From: Candidatus Versatilivorator sp.
GTDB taxonomy: Bacteria; Acidobacteriota; Terriglobia; Versatilivoradales; Versatilivoraceae
DNA length: 64,000 bases
Assembly: GCA_965207735.1 (NCBI GenBank)
Contig: OZ242296.1
Span: forward strand, 2,592,001-2,656,000
Direction: 5' to 3'
Part shown: piece after piece, positions 1 through 7,892 of the stretch
How the letters are laid out: each line of letters opens with the position of its first letter
Numbering within the stretch: position 1 is the first letter of the stretch
Notes under the pieces: generated by a model
Seen by the model: only the letters and a program-made list of their open reading frames with translations
What the model was told of the DNA's origin: nothing
The model's database searches: none
Program-made: the position numbers and the translations under genes

Positions 1-420
1 GACATCGACGGCCTTCTGGTCTATCGGGCCAAGTGCTGCAACCCGATTCGAGGCGAGCCCGTTGTCGGCTACATCACCCGGGGCAAAGGAGTGGCCGTTC
101 ATGCCAAGCGCTGCGCCAACGTAGGCAACCTTCTCTACGAAGCCGACCGCAAGATCGATGTTTCCTGGACCGGAACGGTCGGAGCAACCTATGCCGTCAA
201 ACTTTCCATCTCGGTGGACGACAGGCAGGGAATGCTGGCGGAGATCACTTCCCGCATCTCCGATATCAAGACCAATATCAAGAATATCGAAGCTCAGGCC
301 TTCGAAGATCGTCACGGACTCATTCACGTCACCATCGAGATCAGCGACCTGAAGCACTTGGAGAGGGCGGTCCATTCGATCAAGAAGATCAAGGGCGTCA
401 ACGAGATCGCCTGGCGATAG
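1..420 (+). CDS. rel: RelA/SpoT (p)ppGpp synthetase/hydrolase, C-terminal ZFD and ACT domains (5' part outside window)
   Basis: Frame 1 is open from base 1 and reads DIDGLLVYRAKCCNPIRGEPVVGYITRGKGVAVHAKRC, then an ACT domain DRQGMLAEITSRIS; typical long-RSH C-terminus. Confidence 0.93.
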   Translation, partial: DIDGLLVYRAKCCNPIRGEPVVGYITRGKGVAVHAKRCANVGNLLYEADRKIDVSWTGTVGATYAVKLSISVDDRQGMLAEITSRISDIKTNIKNIEAQAFEDRHGLIHVTIEISDLKHLERAVHSIKKIKGVNEIAWR

Positions 421-440
421 CCCGAGCCTGAGAGAAAACC

Positions 441-827
441 ATGAAAACCATCATACGAACCGAAGACGCACCTGACGCCATCGGCCCCTATTCTCAAGGA
501 GTCAGAGCCAGGGCATCCGAATTTCTTTTTCTTTCCGGGCAGATCGGGCTGGATCCCCAAACGGGTGAATTGGTCCCGGGAGGTATTGAGGCCCAGACCG
601 AACGGGTCTTGAGAAATCTGGAGGCAGTCCTGCTGGCCGGAGGCGGCTCACTGGATCAGGTCGTCAAAACCACCATTTATCTGACCGACATGGACGAGTT
701 TCCGCGGGTAAATCAGGTCTACGGGAAGTTCTTCGGTGACAGCCTTCCCGTCCGGGCTACGGTGGGGGTTTGCTCTTTGCCTAAAGGGGCTATGGTGGAG
801 GTCGAAGCCCTGGCGGTGGTGGGGTGA
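441..827 (+). CDS. ridA: RidA/YjgF family enamine deaminase
   Basis: APDAIGPYSQG, LSGQIGLDP, VVKTTIYL, RATVGV..LPKGA.VEVEA motifs. Confidence 0.92.
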   Translation: MKTIIRTEDAPDAIGPYSQGVRARASEFLFLSGQIGLDPQTGELVPGGIEAQTERVLRNLEAVLLAGGGSLDQVVKTTIYLTDMDEFPRVNQVYGKFFGDSLPVRATVGVCSLPKGAMVEVEALAVVG

Positions 828-858
828 TTGCGGCCTCGCACGGGAACTGACCTGCACT

Positions 859-1050
859 TTAATGAGACTTCACAATACGCCCGGACCGAATGCAGGCGGC
901 ACACACTCGAGTCCGCCTGCGCCTTCCGTCAATCACGATCCGCACGCGATGCAGGTTGGGGTTCCACCTTCTCTTGGTCGCGTTGTTGGCGTGGCTGACA
1001 TTATTCCCAAACATGGGACCTTTTCCACAGAGTTCACACCGGGCAGCCAT
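859..1050 (-). CDS. rpmB: 50S ribosomal protein L28 (zinc-binding form)
   Basis: [29 protein letters not shown]...VCAACIRSG. Confidence 0.97.
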   Translation of the reverse strand: MAARCELCGKGPMFGNNVSHANNATKRRWNPNLHRVRIVIDGRRRRTRVCAACIRSGRIVKSH

Positions 1051-1085
1051 AACAAGTCTCCTTCAAACCAGGTTGCGAGTCCGAG

Positions 1086-1114
1086 AGGATAGCAAAAGCC
1101 CCCGGCAGGGTCAA
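1086..1114 (-). promoter_or_regulatory. Sigma70-like promoter for rpmB
   Basis: Minus strand TTGACC (1114-1109), 17 bp spacer ending TGC, TATCCT (1091-1086). Confidence 0.6.
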
Positions 1115-1156
1115 ATTCCGTTAACTCCAGACCTTGTTTCTGAGACAGGACACTAG

Positions 1157-2248
1157 ATGTTGACCCTCGGCATTGAATCCTCCTGCGATGAAACGGCAGC
1201 CTCCGTCCTGGAAAACGGCAGCCGAATCCTCTCCAATATCGTGGCTTCTCAAGAAGATGTCCACAAGCGATATGGAGGAGTGGTCCCCGAGTTGGCTTCA
1301 CGGCGGCACCTCGAAAACATTTCCCCGGTCGTCAAGGCCGCCTTGGGCGAAGCCGGAATCCGACCTCAAGATCTGGACGGTGTGTCGGTGACACAGGGAC
1401 CCGGACTGGTCGGTTCGCTCCTGGTGGGGATCAACTACGCCAAGGCTCTCTGTTTCAGCCTCGACCTTCCTCTTGTCGCCGTGCACCACCTGGAAGGACA
1501 TATCTTCTCCGTTCCGCTGACCCTCTGGCAGGAGCCAGGGCAGGCAGAGGCCAAAGACCTGAAAGAGCTCCTTCCCGCTCTGGCCCTGGTGGTCTCGGGG
1601 GGACACACCAGCCTGTTCTGGATAGAGTGTCTGGGTCTTGGCGTTCAGGAGGAGGCCGGCTACAGGCTCTTGGGACGGACACGAGACGATGCGGCCGGAG
1701 AAGCCTTTGACAAAGTCGCCAAACTCCTCGGCCTCGGCTACCCCGGTGGAGCCGTTATCGAGCGGCTGGCCCGGCGTGGAAACCCCCAGGCGGTCAAGCT
1801 GCCCATCCCTCGCATCCACGACGGAGGGCTGGATTTCAGTTTTTCCGGAATCAAGACCGCGGTACTGCGCTATACCCAGAAATACCTCAGCCGGGAACTG
1901 GCTGTTCGGAATTGGGAGGGAGAAGAGACCATACCCCGGTCCGTTCTCGATTTGGCCGCCAGTTTCCAGCACACCGCCATCAAGATCCTTGGAAAGACAC
2001 TGCTTGAAGCCAGTGACGCCTACCAGCCCCGCTCCGTCATGGTCTCCGGTGGTGTGGCCTGCAATCGAGCCCTTCGCCAACACCTGGAGGAATGCTTCAG
2101 AGATCGTCGTTTGCCGGTCTTCTTCCCCACCCCCATCCTGTCTACAGACAACGCTGCCATGATTGCGGCGGCGGGTCATCCCAAGCTATTGAAGCGGCAG
2201 TGTGCCAGTCTGAGCATCAACGCCGACGCCCGCTTGAAGTTAGTCTGA
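1157..2248 (+). CDS. tsaD: tRNA threonylcarbamoyladenosine transferase TsaD
   Basis: LGIESSCDETAAS, GGVVPELASRRH, HHLEGH, VSGGHT, DDAAGEAFDK, FSFSGIKT, TDNAAMIA. Confidence 0.97.
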   Translation: MLTLGIESSCDETAASVLENGSRILSNIVASQEDVHKRYGGVVPELASRRHLENISPVVKAALGEAGIRPQDLDGVSVTQGPGLVGSLLVGINYAKALCFSLDLPLVAVHHLEGHIFSVPLTLWQEPGQAEAKDLKELLPALALVVSGGHTSLFWIECLGLGVQEEAGYRLLGRTRDDAAGEAFDKVAKLLGLGYPGGAVIERLARRGNPQAVKLPIPRIHDGGLDFSFSGIKTAVLRYTQKYLSRELAVRNWEGEETIPRSVLDLAASFQHTAIKILGKTLLEASDAYQPRSVMVSGGVACNRALRQHLEECFRDRRLPVFFPTPILSTDNAAMIAAAGHPKLLKRQCASLSINADARLKLV

Positions 2249-2289
2249 ATGCAATTGAGTTTTCCATTCGATTTCAGTAGATTCGAGTC

Positions 2290-3618
2290 ATGGCTGCCTT
2301 TCTGACGTGCATCGAGGAGGACTGTCGCAAAGTTGTCTCCGCCATGTCCAAGGAATACGTCTGTCCGGCTTGCGGAGGACTGCTGGACGTGGTCTACGAC
2401 TTTCAAATCGACGACCCGGAGAAGATCAAACAGCTCTTCCTGCGGCGGCGCCTCTCCAACCATTTCCTCGACCTCAGCGGCGTCTGGAGATACCGGGAAC
2501 TGCTTCCATTCTGCACGGATTTTTCCAAGGTGGTGTCCATTCAGGAGGGCAACACTCCCATCTACACGGCTCCACGTTGCGCGGAATATGCAGGGCTGAA
2601 GCAGTTGCACCTCAAGCACCAGGGACTGAATCCGACCGGCTCCTTCAAAGACAACGGCATGACTGCCGGAGTCACCCAGGCCAACCTCCTGGGTTCCAGA
2701 ATGGTGGCCTGCGCCAGCACGGGAAACACCTCGGCCTCCATGGCGGCCTATGCGGCCCGCGCCGGCATGAAGGCCGTGATCTTTATCCCCGACCAACAGA
2801 TCGCTTTCGGAAAGCTGGCTCAAAGCCTGGACTACGGTGCTCTGACGCTGCAGTTGGAGGGAGATTTCGACGAATCGATGAAGCTGGTAAAGGAAATCAC
2901 CCAGGAAACCGACGTCTACCTGCTGAATTCGATCAATCCCTTTCGGCTGGAAGGACAAAAAGCGATCATCATCGAGATGCTGTGTCAGCGCGACTGGAAA
3001 GTGCCCGACCGGGTCGTGGTTCCCGGGGGAAACCTCGGCAACAGCGCCTCCTTCGGTAAAGCCATCAAGGAATTGCACGACTTGGGCTTTATCCGGAAGA
3101 TGCCCATGGTCACCATCATCCAGGCCCAAAGGGCCAATCCTCTCTACCAGACACTGATTTACCATTCCCCCAGGCTGGTCCGTGTCGAGGCCCACACCCT
3201 GGCCACCGCCATCAAGATCGGCAATCCGGTCTCATGGAAGAAAGCGGTCCGAGCCATGGACTGGACGCAGGGATGGTGCGATGTTGTCACCGAGCAGGAC
3301 ATTGCCGACGCCAAGGCCATGATCGGCAGGGACGGCATCGGTTGTGAACCCGCCTCCGCCACCACCGTTGCCGGAATCAAGAAATTGATCCGGACACGGG
3401 AAATCGATCCCGAGGAAGACGTGGTGGCGGTCCTGACCGGCAATCTGCTGAAGGACCCCGACTATGCCACCAACTACCATCAGGATTCCCTTTACGAAGA
3501 AGCAACCTACAGGAATGAGCTGCTGGAGAAAAAGGGCAAGGTGCGTTCCACTTTTGCCAATGCCCCCATCAAAGTCAGAGCCGACAAGGAAGAGATCCTG
3601 AAGATTCTTAAACTCTAG
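2290..3618 (+). CDS. thrC: Threonine synthase
   Basis: N-terminal CxxC; PLP lysine motif NPTGSFKDNGM; CASTGNTSAS; PGGNLGN; CEPASA. Confidence 0.93.
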   Translation: MAAFLTCIEEDCRKVVSAMSKEYVCPACGGLLDVVYDFQIDDPEKIKQLFLRRRLSNHFLDLSGVWRYRELLPFCTDFSKVVSIQEGNTPIYTAPRCAEYAGLKQLHLKHQGLNPTGSFKDNGMTAGVTQANLLGSRMVACASTGNTSASMAAYAARAGMKAVIFIPDQQIAFGKLAQSLDYGALTLQLEGDFDESMKLVKEITQETDVYLLNSINPFRLEGQKAIIIEMLCQRDWKVPDRVVVPGGNLGNSASFGKAIKELHDLGFIRKMPMVTIIQAQRANPLYQTLIYHSPRLVRVEAHTLATAIKIGNPVSWKKAVRAMDWTQGWCDVVTEQDIADAKAMIGRDGIGCEPASATTVAGIKKLIRTREIDPEEDVVAVLTGNLLKDPDYATNYHQDSLYEEATYRNELLEKKGKVRSTFANAPIKVRADKEEILKILKL

Positions 3619-3631
3619 CCAGAGAGGAACC

Positions 3632-4663
3632 ATGCCGACCCTATCGACCCAAACCGTTCTGGTGTCCCTCAGCCTCCTGTTGGGCCTCGCTCCCGGAACT
3701 CCTGTCCCCGGACAGTCGGAAGGTGAGTCCGCCGCCGACAAGGCCATTATCACCATTGGAGACGAGACTCTCACCCAAGCACAGGTGAACGACATGCTCC
3801 GACTGCTTCCGCCGCAACAGCGTTCCCTCTTCTCGCAACCCTCTGGTAAACAAGCCTTTGCCGACTATATCGTCCGTTCCAAGCTGTACAGTCGGGAAGC
3901 GAGGACACGTGGCTGGAACGCTCGCCCGGAAGTCGAGCAGACCATCGACCAGTTCCGGGCCAAGCTGGAAAAAAATGAGGTGAGGGGGCTGCCGATCAAG
4001 GATGACGAAGACCGGAAGCAAGTCCTGGGATTCTTCAAGGAGAGCCTGCTCATGAAGGTGGCACAAAAGGAGTTGAAGGAGGAATTGGCGGTATCGGCCA
4101 TGGAGATCAGGAGCTACTACCAGGAAAATGCCGCCGTCTTCGACATGGTGAGAGGCCGCCGGCTGGTCATTCGCTCGGAGGCTTCCAACCTTTTCTTTGG
4201 CGACAACAGACCAAAGGACCAGACCCTGTCCGACGAAGAAGCCAGAGCCAAGGCCGAGAAGCTGCGCCGGGAAATTCAGGAAGGGGCGGACTTCGAGGTC
4301 ATGGCCGCCAAGCACTCAGAGGACCCGCTGACTTCCGGCGTTGGCGGAGACACGGGCATCGTGCGCCGCGGACTGCCCAACAAGACCCTGGTGACTCCTC
4401 CCGAGGTCGACTTGCTGTTCAGTCTGGAGCCGGGCGATCTCGGCCCGATTGTGAGAACGCCCATGGGATTTGCCCTGCTGAAGTTGGAGGAGAAGAGGAA
4501 GATGAGCCTGACCGAAGCCCACCCGGAGATCGCGGCGCGCATTCGAAATCAAAAACTGGAAGCCTGGTATCAGGACATGCGGGGCCAACTCCGCATTGTT
4601 ATCGATCCCTCCTTTTTCGAAACCTGGGTCGATTTTGAGGCCCCGGCTAAAGCAGCGGAGTGA
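3632..4663 (+). CDS. Exported PpiC/parvulin-type peptidyl-prolyl isomerase (SurA/PrsA-like)
   Basis: Signal peptide; ADFEVMAAKHSED...GGDTG...VRTPMGF rotamase domain. Confidence 0.8.
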   Translation: MPTLSTQTVLVSLSLLLGLAPGTPVPGQSEGESAADKAIITIGDETLTQAQVNDMLRLLPPQQRSLFSQPSGKQAFADYIVRSKLYSREARTRGWNARPEVEQTIDQFRAKLEKNEVRGLPIKDDEDRKQVLGFFKESLLMKVAQKELKEELAVSAMEIRSYYQENAAVFDMVRGRRLVIRSEASNLFFGDNRPKDQTLSDEEARAKAEKLRREIQEGADFEVMAAKHSEDPLTSGVGGDTGIVRRGLPNKTLVTPPEVDLLFSLEPGDLGPIVRTPMGFALLKLEEKRKMSLTEAHPEIAARIRNQKLEAWYQDMRGQLRIVIDPSFFETWVDFEAPAKAAE

Positions 4664-5183
4664 TGCGTTCTTCCAGTTTCCCGATATCGTGGGTCTCCTC
4701 GTTCCTGCCTTCCACGAATCGACCCACGATGTTACCCTTGCGATCCACCAGCACCAGGTAGGGAATGCTGAAGTTCGGGCGCTGGGGGGACACCTTGACG
4801 TAATTCATGGCGATGGAAAAGTCGCCCAGGAGGATCGGATAGGTCAATCCGTACTTCTTGATGTAAGGCTCGACATCCTTGGCTTTCCCCCGATCATGGG
4901 AGATACCCAGGACTACAAAACCCCGATCCTTGTACTTCCGATAGAGTTTTTCCAAAAGCGGGTTGGTGCGCTGGCAGTCCGGACACCAGGTCTGAAAGAA
5001 GGCCATCAACACCACCTGTCCCTTCAGGCTGGTTGACTTGATGACCTGGCCATCCCAGGTGGGCAAAATGAAGTAAGGGGCGGGCTCCTGCCCCGCTTTC
5101 TTCTGCAGCGGCCCGGCTGAGGAAGCCCCCGCGGCGCAAAAGGCAACGGCCAGACAAGTCACAAGAACCCATCGATTACGCAA
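4647..5183 (-). CDS. TlpA/ResA-like thiol-disulfide oxidoreductase
   Basis: WCPDC motif, LKGQVVL, GFVVLGIS, IPYLVLVDRKG. Start re-called to TTG at 5183 after GGAGGT because the longer ORF runs through repeats. Confidence 0.82.
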   Translation of the reverse strand: MRNRWVLVTCLAVAFCAAGASSAGPLQKKAGQEPAPYFILPTWDGQVIKSTSLKGQVVLMAFFQTWCPDCQRTNPLLEKLYRKYKDRGFVVLGISHDRGKAKDVEPYIKKYGLTYPILLGDFSIAMNYVKVSPQRPNFSIPYLVLVDRKGNIVGRFVEGRNEETHDIGKLEERITPLL

Positions 5184-5414
5184 CAATCTACCTCCGATCG
5201 ACCGTGGGACCGGTCCCGATTGGGGTTTTGGAGACAGGAAGGAGACGGCGTCACTACCGAAGAGCGGGCACCGAGTGGATCGACCCGGGACCCTTCCCCG
5301 AGGAATCAGCCGCCATTCCGAACCACACCGACCTTCGTAGCATATCCCATCCCATCCTCCGGGGCAACGTTGCCGGACCTCTCCGGCCGGAGGCCCCCGC
5401 CGCACTTCCTTGGT

Positions 5415-5828
5415 CTGAAACAACCGACAAAAGACAAAGGAAAAAGAGTTATCCACGAAGGGGCACGAAGAACGACGAAGGGACACTAAGGCGCTGAGGT
5501 TGGCCGCGACGGGGTACCAAGTTCGCGAAGGGTTGATCGATTTCCGATTGTTTCCCTCTAAGTATGATCCGCACGCCAGGGCGGGGGCGGGGCTTGTCTG
5601 AAACAACCGAAAAAAGACAAAGAAAAAGACTTATCCACGAAGGGGCACGAAGAACGACGAAGGGACACTAAGGCGTTGAGGTTAACCGTGACGGGGTACC
5701 AAGTTCGCGAAAGGATGGTCGATTTCTGATTGTTTCACTCTCGAATGATCCGCACACCAGGGCGGGGCCCTGCTTGTCTGAAACAACCGAATAAAGACAA
5801 AAGGAAAGAGAGTTATCCACGAAGGGCC
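5415..5828 (+). repeat. Tandem array of ~180-bp non-coding element (two full units plus one partial)
   Basis: CTGAAACAACCGA starts at 5415, 5598 and 5778; the units are near-identical along their whole length. Confidence 0.95.
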
Positions 5829-5856
5829 GACAAGAGTCATCCACCAAGGAAAACGG

Positions 5857-6060
5857 CGAACCACGAATGGACACGAATGAACACCAATAAACGGATTGAT
5901 GAGTTGTTGATTGGAGGGTGGGACAATCGACATCGAGGGGTTATCTACGAAGGACACGAAGTCATACCAAGGTAGCAGCGTTGCAGAAGCATTTTGGTGC
6001 CGCTTCTCGTTCGAGTGAGTCCACCTGCATTCGTGTCTATTCGTGTTCATTCGTGGTTCG
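5857..6060. mobile_element. MITE-like element with 32-bp terminal inverted repeats built from CACGAAT 10-mers
   Basis: 5857-5888 cgaaccacgaatggacacgaatgaacaccaat matches the reverse complement of 6029-6060 at 28/32 positions. Confidence 0.75.
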
Positions 6061-6310
6061 TCTTCATTTAATAATCCTGTGCATCCTGTGCATCCATGTT
6101 CAATTCATAGTCCTTCTCGATTGATCTTTCCCGTGGCGGGCCTTGGCTGTGCCCAACGCCCCGATTCCCCGTCAGCGTCCCGTGCAGCGGACTCTGGTCC
6201 CATTAATCCTGTCCCTTGGGTTGCCATGTTTCGGAGTGCAACGGCGCAGATTTGATGAAACGCGACGAGTCTCTCGAACCGACCGTTTCCCTGTGGTACC
6301 TCCATCGGAA

Positions 6311-6319
6311 TGGTATACT
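6311..6319 (+). promoter_or_regulatory. Extended -10 promoter, probable leaderless cysC transcript
   Basis: TGgTATACT ends 7 nt before ATG 6327; no SD. Confidence 0.5.
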
Positions 6320-6326
6320 TCGCGCC

Positions 6327-6893
6327 ATGATCGCGCCTCCTGGTAAGAAATGCGGGGTCGCCGTCTGGTTGACGGGACTGCCGGCTTCAGGCAAGAGCAC
6401 TCTGGCACGTGAAGTGGAGCAGGCGCTCTACCAAAGGGGGATTCCCTGCTACGTTCTGGATGGAGACATTCTGCGGCAGGGCCTCAACAAGGATCTTGGC
6501 TTCAGCCCTGAAGATCGTCGAGAAAACATCCGGCGGGCCGGCGAGGTCGCCAGGGTGCTGGTGGATGCCGGCCTGTTGGTGATTGCGGCTTTCATTTCCC
6601 CCTATGCGGAGGACAGATCCCGCGTGAGAAGTCTTTTCGGAGAGGGCCGGTACTGCGAGGTCTTCGTGGACTGTCCCCCTGAAACCTGCGAGCAAAGGGA
6701 CCCCAAGGGACACTACCGCAAGGCTCGGATGGGCCACCTGAATTCCTTCACGGGAGTCAGCGCCCCCTACGAAGCTCCGGCCTCCGCAGATCTGGTGGTG
6801 CCCACGGGCAAGCTGACCGTCGCTGAATCAACGGGACGCCTCCTGGAGTTCATTCTGGAAAGATCCCAAATAGGGCAAACTGCTGGAGAGTGA
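6327..6893 (+). CDS. cysC: Adenylyl-sulfate kinase
   Basis: VWLTGLPASGKSTLA, LDGDILRQGLNKDLGFS, RRENIRR, FISPY, RDPKGHY, FTGVSAPYEAP; start re-called to ATG 6327. Confidence 0.93.
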   Translation: MIAPPGKKCGVAVWLTGLPASGKSTLAREVEQALYQRGIPCYVLDGDILRQGLNKDLGFSPEDRRENIRRAGEVARVLVDAGLLVIAAFISPYAEDRSRVRSLFGEGRYCEVFVDCPPETCEQRDPKGHYRKARMGHLNSFTGVSAPYEAPASADLVVPTGKLTVAESTGRLLEFILERSQIGQTAGE

Positions 6894-6915
6894 GGGTGAC
6901 GGCCACCGCCGCCTG

Positions 6916-7872
6916 GTGGCTTATTGGGACCCCTGGCCGGTGCCTCGGGGGATGATCATTCAAAAATCCTTTCCCCTGGCAAAGTCTTGGTCTTGGGGAG
7001 AAATTCAGTCAATCCCGCTTCCTGTCTTGATAGAAACCGACTTCACCCTGATCCACGCCAACCGATTGAAGGTCCGATGCACCCTCCGCATTCCCGACGG
7101 CAAGGGGACTGTCAGTCCGGTGCTTGTGGCCCACGGTTTCCTGGGATTCAAGGACTGGGGATTCTTTCCCTACCTGGGCCGGCGACTGAGCGAAGCCGGA
7201 TTTGCCGCAATCACCTTCAACCATGCCCTTTCGGGAATCGACCACAATCCCTGGAAGATTGACGACCCGGAGGGATTTTCCAGAAATTCAACCACCCAGG
7301 AGTTGCGGGACTGGGACCTGGTGATGGATGCCCTGTTGCTGGGGAACCTGCCGCTGGCGGACAGAATGCGCCTCAACGCCGTTGGAGCGGTTGGACACAG
7401 CCGGGGGGGAAGCTACGCCATTCTCCTTTCCCGCCAAGTGCCGCAGATAGCATCGATCGTCACTTGGGGAGCCATCGGCACCTTTGACCGATTCGACGCC
7501 GATACCCGCCGTCGTTGGCGAAACCAGGGATATCTGAAGGTCCCCAGGGAGGAGCACGATACACCCCTCAAGATGGCGATCGCCGCTCTAGATGCGCTGG
7601 AACGCAATGATCACCGCTTGGACGTGCTGAAAGCGGTGAGGGAGGCGACGATTCCCGTCATGATTCTGCACGGTCGCCAGGACCGCCGGGTACCGTTGTC
7701 GGAAGCTGAGCGCCTGTGGCAATGTGCCGATCCGCAACTCTGCCGTTTCCATGTCATCGAAAATGCCGGCCACACCTTTCAGACCCGTCATCCTCTGAAA
7801 ACTCCTTCACAGCCCCTCCTGGAAGCAGTTTCCAAGACCGTAGGCTGGTTCAGGAACACCCTGCCGGGCTAG
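6916..7872 (+). CDS. Alpha/beta hydrolase (esterase/peptidase-like)
   Basis: HGFLGFKDWGFF, nucleophile GHSRGG, LHGRQD, AGHTF; true start uncertain. Confidence 0.85.
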   Translation: MAYWDPWPVPRGMIIQKSFPLAKSWSWGEIQSIPLPVLIETDFTLIHANRLKVRCTLRIPDGKGTVSPVLVAHGFLGFKDWGFFPYLGRRLSEAGFAAITFNHALSGIDHNPWKIDDPEGFSRNSTTQELRDWDLVMDALLLGNLPLADRMRLNAVGAVGHSRGGSYAILLSRQVPQIASIVTWGAIGTFDRFDADTRRRWRNQGYLKVPREEHDTPLKMAIAALDALERNDHRLDVLKAVREATIPVMILHGRQDRRVPLSEAERLWQCADPQLCRFHVIENAGHTFQTRHPLKTPSQPLLEAVSKTVGWFRNTLPG

Positions 7873-7892
7873 CCCGCATCAGCCCGCATTTC

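Noticed and set aside
5184-5606. N-terminal extension of the 319-aa TlpA ORF and short ORFs across 5400-6300
   Set aside because: They translate repeat DNA; a good RBS and signal peptide place the start at 5183.
5415-5828. Tandem repeat as a CRISPR or TIGR-like guide array
   Set aside because: Units are ~180 bp and similar along their whole length, with no unique spacers and no cas-like gene nearby.
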